DNA from: Dehalococcoidia bacterium
GTDB taxonomy: Bacteria; Chloroflexota; Dehalococcoidia; Plut-88900
Assembly (NCBI GenBank): GCA_965207225.1
Contig: CBDBLV010000004.1
Span: 160,001 to 224,000 of the forward strand
Length of the DNA stretch: 64,000 bases
Direction of reading: 5' to 3'
The notes below the pieces were generated by a model. It was not told the origin of the DNA. It was given only the letters and a program-made list of their open reading frames with translations, and did no database searches. Within the stretch, counting starts at the first letter, position 1. Every line of letters starts with the position of its first letter. Shown one piece after another: positions 28,409-37,337 of the stretch. A program made the position numbers and the translations under genes.

Positions 28409-28553
28409 GGAACCCTCTCCCCCTTGGTCCCCCTCTCCCCCTCGAGGGACTCGGGGCAGGCTCTTAGGGCCTTTAAGGGAGAGGGGGAGAGAAGAACAGA
28501 GGCCCACGCCTGCGCCAAAGCGCAGGCGTGGGCCTCTAATTCAGTACTGGGGG
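28409..28553 (+). repeat. Intergenic repeat family A, copy 4 (hairpin 28498-28537)
   Basis: Same flanks as copies 1-3. Confidence 0.92.
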
Positions 28554-28659
28554 AGGAAGGAACGTCACGACTTTATTTCTTCGAGGGGTCACGGGATGGG
28601 GACGAACGACAGGAAATGGCGTTTGCCGGGCCTGATGGTGTGGAGGGATGCGGCCCACC

Positions 28660-28815
28660 CCCCGTTCGACCCTTCGACTGCACCCAGGGTGAGCGGCCCC
28701 TCCGCCGCGGGGATGGATTCCCGATCGGGGTCGGGAATGACGGATTGGGGTGGGAGGATCAGAGGGCCCGTTGGTGCGGGCTTACGCGCCAGATCCCTCG
28801 CGGGGCATCGGGATG
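28660..28815 (+). repeat. Further REP-like palindromes (CCCTTCGAC...CAGGGTGAGCGG; GGATTCCCG...CGGGAATGAC; family B)
   Basis: Short imperfect hairpins in a G-rich intergenic tract. Confidence 0.55.
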
Positions 28816-28876
28816 GGAAGGAGGGGGCGTGGGGATGGGACACTGGGGAGTGGGATGATAGGGCGGAGGGATGCTG

Positions 28877-29983
28877 TTACGTCATGCCGTAGAGGCGGGC
28901 GCAGTTGTCCCACATCGTCTTGCGTCTCATGGAGTCGGAGAGAGGGAGGTCGAGGAACATATCCAAGGCGTGGGGGAACTTGGAGTCGGGGTGAGGGTAG
29001 TCGGTGGAGAGAACGACGGTATCTTCTAGTCCGTAGTTTTCGAGCATGGCTGCGGGGGATTCCTCGGGCTCCACGGAGACGAAGCACTGTCGTTTGAAGT
29101 ATTCCCCGGGGGTCAAGGTGAGAGCCGGGGCTTCCATTTTGCCGGAGAACTCGAAATGGTCGTCCATGCGCCACATGAGCCACGGGACCCAGGAGCAGTT
29201 GGCCTCGAGGAAGGCGACGCGGAGGGTCGGGAACCGCTCCAAAACGCCGCCACCAATCATGCTTACTGCGGCCAGCATCATCTCCATGGAATGGCAACAG
29301 GTGTGGAAGAGCCAGTATTCGCCTTCGAACCGGGACCCGGCCTCGGGCATGGGGACGTGGGAGCCTTCGTGGAACCCTACGGCCATGCCCAGGTCCTCTA
29401 CCTGCTCCCATAGGGGATCGTAGCAGGGGTCGTGCCAGTTTCTCCCGAGGTACAGGTTGGGCCTGATGAACACGCCCTTGAACCCTAGCCGCTTGACGCA
29501 TCTCCCGGCTTCTTCCACCGCGGCTACAACATCGGTCGGGAAAACCATACCGATGCCCTTCATGCGGTCCGGAAAGGGGCTGCAGAAGTCGGCCATCCAG
29601 TCGTTGTAGGCCCGTGCGATAGCGGCCCCGAAGTCGGGGGCAAGTTTGTCAGTGGCGACTGCGAAGAGGCCTCGGGAGGGGTACATGAGGGCCACGTCCA
29701 TGCCTTCTTTGTCCATGGCCCGTACCTGGGAGGCTGAGTCCCAGCCGCTGTCTATGGGATCCTGATAAACGTCAGGGGGCCCGGCCTTCTCTTCAAACAG
29801 GTCATCGTGGACGTCCCTGGGGATCTGCTCTCCGTCGATCTCGACGCAGAGGTCCTGCTGGTAACGGGCGAGGCCCACGGGGGCGCGGTCCCGGAAATCG
29901 GGGTCTATGTAGCGCTGCCAGAGGTCGACGGGCTCTATGACGTGCATATCGGAGTCCATGAACTTCATGCCGTTCCTGCTCAC
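28877..29983 (-). CDS. Amidohydrolase family (Amidohydro_2) protein
   Basis: DSDMHVIEP, FHEG, FLEANCSW, STDYPH. Confidence 0.87.
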   Translation of the reverse strand: MSRNGMKFMDSDMHVIEPVDLWQRYIDPDFRDRAPVGLARYQQDLCVEIDGEQIPRDVHDDLFEEKAGPPDVYQDPIDSGWDSASQVRAMDKEGMDVALMYPSRGLFAVATDKLAPDFGAAIARAYNDWMADFCSPFPDRMKGIGMVFPTDVVAAVEEAGRCVKRLGFKGVFIRPNLYLGRNWHDPCYDPLWEQVEDLGMAVGFHEGSHVPMPEAGSRFEGEYWLFHTCCHSMEMMLAAVSMIGGGVLERFPTLRVAFLEANCSWVPWLMWRMDDHFEFSGKMEAPALTLTPGEYFKRQCFVSVEPEESPAAMLENYGLEDTVVLSTDYPHPDSKFPHALDMFLDLPLSDSMRRKTMWDNCARLYGMT

Positions 29984-30186
29984 GATGCCCTCCTATAGCA
30001 ATGCTTTATGTCTACTTAAATGCCTGAGGTTCGGTTTCCGGAGTTACCTCGAGGACACTGGAAGTGTACGTAGAGGCTGGTCGGATAGTCAAAGACGGGG
30101 CTCGGGCGGGTGACTAACGGGTCGGGACAGGATACACTAGCGCCGGACTATACCCATGTCCGAAACCGCAAAAGGAGACCCGATTC

Positions 30187-30387
30187 ATGGCAGGCGGCAA
30201 CATCCAGGCTACTAAAGACGGCCCCTACGAGGTCACGGGCGAGTTCACCGTTCTGGACCACAACGGCAACCCATACAAGCAGCGAAGAAAGGTGTTCCTG
30301 TGTCGGTGCGGGGGCTCATCCAACAAGCCGTACTGCGACGGGACCCACGTTTCAATCGGGTTCAAGGACGAGTCGGAGGCGGGATAA
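30187..30387 (+). CDS. CDGSH iron-sulfur domain protein
   Basis: DGPY...LCRCGGSSNKPYCDGTH; AGGAG RBS. Confidence 0.92.
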   Translation: MAGGNIQATKDGPYEVTGEFTVLDHNGNPYKQRRKVFLCRCGGSSNKPYCDGTHVSIGFKDESEAG

Positions 30388-30408
30388 GACAAGCTCGGGC
30401 CCCCTGTT

Positions 30409-31542
30409 ATGCGTTTCGACAGCACCGTCTACTATCACTTCGGCAAGGTCTATCCGTGGGACAAGCTCACCGATGAGTTCCGGGACATAGCCGGGCTCCT
30501 GGACCAGGCGGGCTTCACGACGGTCTGGCTGGCGGAGCACCATTTTTCCTGGGACGGCTGGAACCGGGCAATGACCAACCCAATCCTGGTCGGGGCTGAC
30601 CTGGCGGCGCACACCGAACGGATCAGGGTGGGGCAGTGCGGGGTCATTCTGCCCGACTGGCATCCGATCCGAGTCGCTGAAGATATAGCGATGCTGGATA
30701 ACATGACGAAGGGTCGGGTGGACTTTGGGATAGCCCGGGGGTACGACAGCAGGTCGGGGCTGCAGTTCAACGTCCACGCCGACAGGTTGAACAACGCCCA
30801 GAACTACTCATTGTTCGCCGAGAGCCTTGACATCATCAAGGGCGCATGGACACAGGAAGTGTTCCGCCACGAGGGTGATTTCTTCACCTTTCCGGTGCCC
30901 GGGTGGAAGGAGCCCAACCCGATGAACTGGGACTCCCGCTACCACAGCCAGGACGGCGAGATGACGGCCCTGAGCGTGCTGCCCAAGCCCTACCAAAAGC
31001 CTCACCCGCCCATCTACCAGATGGCGGACTCCGTAACGTCGCACAAGTTTGCGGCGGCGCGGGACGTTGGGGTTATCAGCATGCGGAGCACCATGGAAAA
31101 GATAAAGCAGCACTGGGCGGGATATGCGGAGGAGTTCCCGGGGGTGCAGGCCGGGCCGAATCCCGCGCCCCGGAAGCTGGCGGTTATGCGGCCCACCTAT
31201 GTAGCGGAGACGCGGGAGCAGGCGATAAAGGACCTGCGAGAGGGGCTCGGGTACCGGGAGAGGCTCACGTCCACGGACATCGCCCGGTCACGGAAAGCGA
31301 TGCTGGCCGAGGGTGAGTTTACGGAAGACGACCTGGTAGCGGACTGCTTTGAGTTCGAAGACTCCCACGATTTGATATTTGTGGGGACTCCGGACTCGGT
31401 GTCGGAGCAGATCGAGCGGTATCGGGAGGAGCTGGGGCTTGAGCACATGGTCCTTTTTCACAACATCCCGGGCCTGACACATGAGATGGTAATGAAGAGC
31501 CTCACCATGTTCTCGGAGAAGGTGCTGCCGAGGTTCGCCTAG
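30409..31542 (+). CDS. Luciferase-like monooxygenase (LLM class flavin-dependent oxidoreductase)
   Basis: GFTTVWLAEHHF, HPIRVAEDIAMLD, GRVDFGIARG, PKPYQKPHPP, VGTPD. Confidence 0.92.
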   Translation: MRFDSTVYYHFGKVYPWDKLTDEFRDIAGLLDQAGFTTVWLAEHHFSWDGWNRAMTNPILVGADLAAHTERIRVGQCGVILPDWHPIRVAEDIAMLDNMTKGRVDFGIARGYDSRSGLQFNVHADRLNNAQNYSLFAESLDIIKGAWTQEVFRHEGDFFTFPVPGWKEPNPMNWDSRYHSQDGEMTALSVLPKPYQKPHPPIYQMADSVTSHKFAAARDVGVISMRSTMEKIKQHWAGYAEEFPGVQAGPNPAPRKLAVMRPTYVAETREQAIKDLREGLGYRERLTSTDIARSRKAMLAEGEFTEDDLVADCFEFEDSHDLIFVGTPDSVSEQIERYREELGLEHMVLFHNIPGLTHEMVMKSLTMFSEKVLPRFA

Positions 31543-31564
31543 GGTTTTCTCTGGGCCCGGGCGG

Positions 31565-32341
31565 TTACCAGACGCTCCAGCCGCCGTCGATTACTATGGT
31601 CTGGCCTGTAATGAAGCTGGACTGGGGGGAGGCGAGGAAGAGGAGGGCGGTCTTCAGCTCGTCGGGTCTGCCCTGGCGGCGCATGGGGGTGCGGTACTTA
31701 ATCTCCTCTTCATCGGGGTTGCCGCCAACGAAGGCTTGCTCACTGGGGAAGTAGCCCGGGGCGAGGGCGTTAACGGTGATCCCGCGGTCGGCCCACTGGA
31801 TGGCGCAGGCCCGGGTGAGTCCCACCACACTGTGCTTGGATATTGAGTAGGCCCAGGACGGCCCCTGGGGCACCCCACCCACTACACCCAGGATGGAGGA
31901 AAGGTTGATGATGCGGCCGTAGCCTCGGGGGAGCATTTCTTTGCCGACCCTGTGGGCAAGCATCGCAGAGCCGGTGAGGTTGGTCTCCATAATCTTGTGG
32001 TAGGCATCGAAATCGGCGTCGGTGGCGCTCTTGCCTTCGAAAATGGTCACGCCAGCGTTGTTGACGAGGATGTCGATCTTTCCATATTTGGCGAGAGTCC
32101 GGTCGACGAAGGAATCTATCTGGTCAGGGCTGGTGACGTCTGCTTTGACGGCGAGGCAGCGGCGACCGAGGTCACGGACCATCCGGGCGGTCTGCTCCAT
32201 CATGTCGGTGCGTCGGGCGCAGACGGCGAGGTCGGCGCCGGCCTGGGCGAGGGCCTCGCAGAAGGTGACGCCCAGGCCGGAAGAGGCGCCGGTCACAACG
32301 GCGATTTGGCCGCTCAGGTCGAAAAGGTCCTCGTGGGCCAT
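31565..32341 (-). CDS. Short-chain dehydrogenase/reductase
   Basis: TGASSGLG, NNAG, YSISK, ITGQTIVIDGG; GGAGG RBS. Confidence 0.9.
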   Translation of the reverse strand: MAHEDLFDLSGQIAVVTGASSGLGVTFCEALAQAGADLAVCARRTDMMEQTARMVRDLGRRCLAVKADVTSPDQIDSFVDRTLAKYGKIDILVNNAGVTIFEGKSATDADFDAYHKIMETNLTGSAMLAHRVGKEMLPRGYGRIINLSSILGVVGGVPQGPSWAYSISKHSVVGLTRACAIQWADRGITVNALAPGYFPSEQAFVGGNPDEEEIKYRTPMRRQGRPDELKTALLFLASPQSSFITGQTIVIDGGWSVW

Positions 32342-32408
32342 TTTGTTACCTCCGCAGCCGGATTGCCGGCCTCTGGGCCGCAGCATGTACGTGTACAGCC
32401 AGGATAAT

Positions 32409-32438
32409 TTGACAGGCTCTTCACCGCAAACTTACAAT
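32409..32438 (+). promoter_or_regulatory. Sigma70-like promoter TTGACA-N18-TACAAT upstream of the SBP array
   Basis: TTGACA 32409-14, TACAAT 32433-38. Confidence 0.55.
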
Positions 32439-32712
32439 TGCGAGATATAGGCCTGCGGGCCGTTCCAAGACTACTGTGGGAAATGGCGGACAGATTGTAT
32501 AACTCCACAGAAGCTGCTGACTGCCGCGTCCGAACCCTACCAACTTTATCGAACCTGTTTCGGTCAGTCCACCCAGGTGAGCTGATCAACACCCCGTGGT
32601 CTTTGGAAACCAGGAGGTGTTGTATGCCCGATACCTAGCTCCTGAAAGTGAACCCGCTATCAATGCGGAGCAGACCGTCGGGTCTGTGGAAAATATATTG
32701 AAAGGAAGAAAG

Positions 32713-34107
32713 ATGAGAGCAACCAAAAAGTCCAGGGTCAAGGGCTTGACCCGAAACAGGACCTTCCTGGCCCTGTTTGCGGTGCTGGCCCTAGCCCTGC
32801 TGATCGCAGCCGCTTGTGGCGAAGCCGCAACGGCGACTCCCGAGCCCACAGCGGCGATGGAAGAGGAAGAAGAGGCAATGCCGGAGCCTACCGCCATGAT
32901 GGAGGAGGAAGAAGAGGAAGAAGGCGAGGCGATGCCGGAGCCTACTCCCACCGCCATGATGGAAGAAGAGCCGGACGACGCCATGGAGGAGACCGGCATA
33001 CGGCCTCGCAGCGAGTGGACGGTCGAGAACCCGGCGACTAAAGAAGAGATCGAGGCAGAGCTGCAGAAATACCGGGGCCAGAGCCTGGTGTTCAGCTCCT
33101 GGGGCGGGGCCTATCAGTCCGCACAGCGGGAGGCATACGCCATTCCTTTCGCCGAGCAGTTCGGCATAGACATCATCGACGACTCGCAGCCGACGCTCGG
33201 TAACGTACGAGCACGGTCGCAGTCCGGCAACGTGACCTGGCACCTGTTTGACACGGGCACAGGCTCCATTCACCAGCTGTCCAACACCGGCGACCTGGAA
33301 GAGCTGGACTTCAGCATCATTGACAACCGGGACTACCTGGAAGTCACCAAGTCCCCGTACATCGGCGGCGGCGGCATCACCTGGTCCGAAGTCTGGGCAT
33401 ACAACACGGACGTGTTCCCGGCGGACAACCAGCCGCACACCATGACCGACATTTACGACACCGAGAATTTCCCCGGGCGCCGGGCGTGGGCCTACTACCC
33501 GGACCACGAGATGGTCTTCGTGCTGCTGTCCAAGAACCCCGAGCTCCTGGATACTGCCGAGGGTCGGGCCAGCCTGTCCGCTCTGACGGAAGAGCAGGTG
33601 GACGAAGCATTCGCGATCTTCGAGGAATACCGGGGCCAGGTTGACTGGTTCTGGCAGACGGGATCCGACTGCCCGCAGAACCTGATCAGCGGCGAGATGG
33701 CACTCTGCACCGCCTGGAACGGTCGAATCTTCGACGCTGCGAAGGAAGGCGAGCCTATCCGAGTGTGCTGGGAGTGCGGTCACGTACTCAACACCGGAGT
33801 GTTTGGGATAATCAAGGGTCTCAAAGAGCAGGACCCCAATGCATTCGAGCTGGCACAGCTCTACATGGCCTGGACCTCCTTCCCGGAGATCAATGCCCGG
33901 ATGGCGCAGTTCATCACCTACGGACCCATCAACACGAAGTCCCTGCCTTTCCTGGACGGGCCTGAGTACGATGAGGTTCGCGACGAGCTCCCGTCCTCCA
34001 CCGCCAACATCCCCTTCGCCATATTCAAGGACGAAGTACACGTTGGCGAGCAGACGGACATCTGGCGTGAGCGCTGGATTGCGTACCAGCAGACGTTCGA
34101 GAACTAA
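32713..34107 (+). CDS. ABC transporter solute-binding lipoprotein (PotD/PotF-like), paralog 1
   Basis: Lipobox IAAAC, acidic linker, SSWGGAYQ, WNGRI, YGPIN. Confidence 0.85.
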   Translation: MRATKKSRVKGLTRNRTFLALFAVLALALLIAAACGEAATATPEPTAAMEEEEEAMPEPTAMMEEEEEEEGEAMPEPTPTAMMEEEPDDAMEETGIRPRSEWTVENPATKEEIEAELQKYRGQSLVFSSWGGAYQSAQREAYAIPFAEQFGIDIIDDSQPTLGNVRARSQSGNVTWHLFDTGTGSIHQLSNTGDLEELDFSIIDNRDYLEVTKSPYIGGGGITWSEVWAYNTDVFPADNQPHTMTDIYDTENFPGRRAWAYYPDHEMVFVLLSKNPELLDTAEGRASLSALTEEQVDEAFAIFEEYRGQVDWFWQTGSDCPQNLISGEMALCTAWNGRIFDAAKEGEPIRVCWECGHVLNTGVFGIIKGLKEQDPNAFELAQLYMAWTSFPEINARMAQFITYGPINTKSLPFLDGPEYDEVRDELPSSTANIPFAIFKDEVHVGEQTDIWRERWIAYQQTFEN

Positions 34108-34125
34108 ATAGTTCGCAAGCTAAAC

Positions 34126-34168
34126 TTAGGCGCTCCTCGGGAAGGCGGACTTTCCGGGGGGCGCCTAA
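34126..34168 (+). terminator. Stem-loop after SBP1 (terminator or stabiliser)
   Basis: TTAGGCGC...GCGCCTAA stem; no clear T-run. Confidence 0.5.
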
Positions 34169-34204
34169 AGCCATTCAGGGATGCAACCAAGAGGAGCAGA
34201 CAGC

Positions 34205-35602
34205 ATGAAGAAAGCCTACGGATATCGGGGCAAGGGGCTGACGAGGCGAAGGACCCTTATCGGGTTGTTTGCCGTGTTGGCCCTTGCCCTTTTGATTGCA
34301 GCGGCCTGCGGCGAAGCCGCAACGGCTACTCCCGAGGCCATGGAGGAACCTACAGCGGCGCCGGAGCCGACGGCAGTGCCAGACGAGCCAGATGAGCCGG
34401 GCGACGCCATGGAGCCTACCGCGATGCCGGATGAACCGGATGACGCCATGGAGCCAACGGCGATGCCAGAACCGACCGCAGCGCCTTCCACCGGCTTACG
34501 GCCCCGGGATGAGTGGACTGTTGAAAACCCGGCGACCCGGGAGGAGATTGAGGCGGAGCTGGCGAAGTACCGGGGCCAGAGCCTGGTATTCAGCTCCTGG
34601 GGCGGCGCCTACCAATCCGCCCAGCGGTCGGCCTACGGCGTACCCTTTGCCGAGATGTTCGGCATCGAGATCATCGACGACAGCCAGCCCACGGTGGGCA
34701 GGGTGAGGGCGATGCAAGAGTCGGGGAACGTGACGTGGCACGTGTTCGACACGGGCGGCGGGTCCATCCACGCCCTGGCGCGAAGCGACTCCCTGGAACA
34801 CCTGGACTTTAGCGTGATCGATACCCGGGACTTCCTAGAAGTCCTGAAAGCTCCGTACATCGGAGGCGGTGGGATCACCTGGTCCGAGACCTGGGCGTAC
34901 AATTCGGACGTATACCCTGAGGGTAGCCAGCCCCAGAACATGGCGGACATCTACGATACGGAGAAGTTCCCCGGGCGCCGGTCCTGGAACCAGTTCCCCG
35001 AAGCCGAGATCGTCTTCGTGCTCCTGTCTAAAAACCCCGAACTCTTGGATACCCCCGAGGGTCGGGGCAACCTGGCCGCTCCCAACGAGGAACAGGTAGA
35101 CCAGGCTTTTGAGCTATTCGAAGAGTACCGGGACCACCCGGACATTTTCTGGACCACAGGCTCCGACTGCCCGCAGTTCCTGATCAGCGGCGAAGCCGAC
35201 ATGTGCACCAACTGGAACGGTCGTATCTACGATGCAGCCAAGGAAGGCGCACCCCTCAAGATCTGCTGGGAGTGCGGCCACGTCCTGAACACGGACGGGT
35301 GGGGCATAATCAAGGGGCTGAAAGACCAGGACCCCGAGAAATTCGAGCTGGCACAGCTGTTCATGGCCTGGACATCCTTCCCGGAGGTCAACTCCCGGAT
35401 GGCCCAGTTCATCACCTACGGCCCCGTCAACACCAAGGCTCTGGCAGCCCTGTCAGACCCGGTTTACGACGACGTCAGGGACGAACTTCCTTCTTCGCCC
35501 TCCAACATCCCCTTCGCCATCATCAACGATGAGGTACACCGGGCGGCAAACCTGGATGCCTGGCGCGAGAGGTACGAGGAATGGAAAGGCACGCTTAACT
35601 AG
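34205..35602 (+). CDS. ABC solute-binding lipoprotein, paralog 2
   Basis: Same motifs as paralog 1; AGGAG RBS. Confidence 0.85.
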   Translation: MKKAYGYRGKGLTRRRTLIGLFAVLALALLIAAACGEAATATPEAMEEPTAAPEPTAVPDEPDEPGDAMEPTAMPDEPDDAMEPTAMPEPTAAPSTGLRPRDEWTVENPATREEIEAELAKYRGQSLVFSSWGGAYQSAQRSAYGVPFAEMFGIEIIDDSQPTVGRVRAMQESGNVTWHVFDTGGGSIHALARSDSLEHLDFSVIDTRDFLEVLKAPYIGGGGITWSETWAYNSDVYPEGSQPQNMADIYDTEKFPGRRSWNQFPEAEIVFVLLSKNPELLDTPEGRGNLAAPNEEQVDQAFELFEEYRDHPDIFWTTGSDCPQFLISGEADMCTNWNGRIYDAAKEGAPLKICWECGHVLNTDGWGIIKGLKDQDPEKFELAQLFMAWTSFPEVNSRMAQFITYGPVNTKALAALSDPVYDDVRDELPSSPSNIPFAIINDEVHRAANLDAWRERYEEWKGTLN

Positions 35603-35618
35603 CCTGAAAACGCAAAGC

Positions 35619-35658
35619 AGGCGCCCCCTGGACGGGTATAGACCTCCGGGGGGCGCCT
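35619..35658 (+). terminator. Stem-loop after SBP2
   Basis: AGGCGCCCCC...GGGGGCGCCT. Confidence 0.5.
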
Positions 35659-35769
35659 CAGCATTATGACGCTGTAATACTAATGAGAGGAGGGTTTCGG
35701 AGCCGTATCCTGAATAACGATTGAACAATAAATCTGTCTGAAGAACCTTGATCGAGGGGAGGAAGAACT

Positions 35770-37173
35770 ATGAAGATATTTGAAAAGCGTCTCGGCGGAG
35801 GCTTGTTCTCCGGGAGGCGCTTCTTTGCACTCCTGGCCGTTCTGGCACTGGCTTTCCTGATTGCGGCGGCCTGTGGCGAGGCGGCTACAGCCACCCCCGA
35901 GGCCATGACGGAAGAGCCAACGGCGATGCCCGAACCCACGGCTATGCCGGATGAGCCAGACGATGCTATGCCGGAACCTACGGCCATGCCGGATGAGCCC
36001 GACGACGCCATGCCGGAACCCACGGCCATGCCCGACGAACCCGACGACGCCATGGAAGAGACCGGCCTAAGACCCAGGGAGGAGTGGACGGTCGAAAACC
36101 CGGCGACAAAGGAAGAGATCGAGGCGGAGCTGGAGAAATACCGGGGCCACAGCCTCGTGTTCAGTTCCTGGGGCGGGGCCTACCAGGCTGCCCAGCGCCA
36201 AGCCTATGGAATACCAATGGCGGACCAGTTCGGCATCGAAGTCATCGACGACGGGACGCCGATACTGGGCAAGATACGGGCGATGGAGGCCTCGGGCAAC
36301 ATCACCTGGCACGTGATTGACCAGGGCGGCGGGACCATACACAACCTAGGGAAGAATGGCTCGCTGGAAGACCTGGACTTCAGCGTCATAGACAACCGGG
36401 ACTTCCTGGAGATCCTGAAGGCTCCGTACATCGGTGGCGGGGGGATCACATGGTCGGAGGTATGGGCCTACAATGCGGATGTCTACCCGGAGGGCAACCG
36501 GCCCGACAGCATGGACGACTTTTACGACCCGGTGAACTTCCCCGGCAAACGTGCCTGGGCCTACTACCCACATGGAGAGATTAAGTTCGTGCTGCTGGCT
36601 GATAACCCGTCACTGCTGGAAACGGCGGAAGGAAGGGCCAGCCTAGCTGCCCCGAATGAAGAGCAGGTGGACCGCGCCTTCGAGCTCTTCGACGAATACC
36701 GAGACCAGGTCGACCTAATCTGGAATACTGGCTCGGACTGCCCGCAGCTGCTGATCAGCGGCGACCTGGACATGTGCACCGCCTGGAACGGTCGAATCTT
36801 CGATGCGGCCAGGGAGGGCGCACCGCTGAACATCTGCTGGGAATGCGGCTTCACGATCAACACCGACGCCATGGGCATAATCAAGGGCCTAAGGGACCAG
36901 GACCCCGAGGCATTTGACCTGGCGCAGTTGTTCATTGCCTGGACTTCACTACCGGAGGTCAACGCCCGGATATCCCTGTTCATCACCTACGGGCCGATAA
37001 ACCTCAAGTCGATTGCGGCATTGGAGGCTCCTGAATATGATGAAGTCAGAGACCAACTCCCTTCATCTGGGGCAAACGTACCCTTTGCCATCTTCAGCGA
37101 CGAAGAACACGGTCAGGTGTATGACGATGCATGGCGCGAGCGATACGATGTCTGGAAGCTGACCCTGCAGTAG
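35770..37173 (+). CDS. ABC solute-binding lipoprotein, paralog 3
   Basis: Same motifs; 3x PEPTAMPDEPDDAM linker repeat (35929-36054). Confidence 0.85.
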   Translation: MKIFEKRLGGGLFSGRRFFALLAVLALAFLIAAACGEAATATPEAMTEEPTAMPEPTAMPDEPDDAMPEPTAMPDEPDDAMPEPTAMPDEPDDAMEETGLRPREEWTVENPATKEEIEAELEKYRGHSLVFSSWGGAYQAAQRQAYGIPMADQFGIEVIDDGTPILGKIRAMEASGNITWHVIDQGGGTIHNLGKNGSLEDLDFSVIDNRDFLEILKAPYIGGGGITWSEVWAYNADVYPEGNRPDSMDDFYDPVNFPGKRAWAYYPHGEIKFVLLADNPSLLETAEGRASLAAPNEEQVDRAFELFDEYRDQVDLIWNTGSDCPQLLISGDLDMCTAWNGRIFDAAREGAPLNICWECGFTINTDAMGIIKGLRDQDPEAFDLAQLFIAWTSLPEVNARISLFITYGPINLKSIAALEAPEYDEVRDQLPSSGANVPFAIFSDEEHGQVYDDAWRERYDVWKLTLQ

Positions 37174-37189
37174 GCCACTAGACGATAGC

Positions 37190-37235
37190 GCCGCCCCCGC
37201 AGGAGTAAAAACCTGCGGGGGCGGCTTTCATTTTT
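37190..37235 (+). terminator. Intrinsic terminator after SBP3
   Basis: GCCGCCCCCGCAGG...CCTGCGGGGGCGGC followed by T-rich tail. Confidence 0.75.
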
Positions 37236-37337
37236 GGCTTCGAATTCCCAGCCAGCATTACATACGCTCACAATAAACAGAATAAGACTAAAGGAAGCAA
37301 GACTGTCTATGAAACTTGATTGAGGGGAGGAGGAACC

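Noticed and set aside
21208-28553. Family A hairpins as canonical integron attC sites
   Set aside because: No RYYYAAC/GTTRRRY boxes, they flank core genes rather than a cassette array, and no intI is present; only a structural analogy remains
28283-29097. ORFs of 115-191 aa between the radical SAM and amidohydrolase genes
   Set aside because: Translations of REP-like repeats (EPSPPWSPSP recurs at each repeat copy)
32791-34041. 416-aa antisense ORF in SBP1
   Set aside because: Shadow ORF; not preserved in the three paralogs
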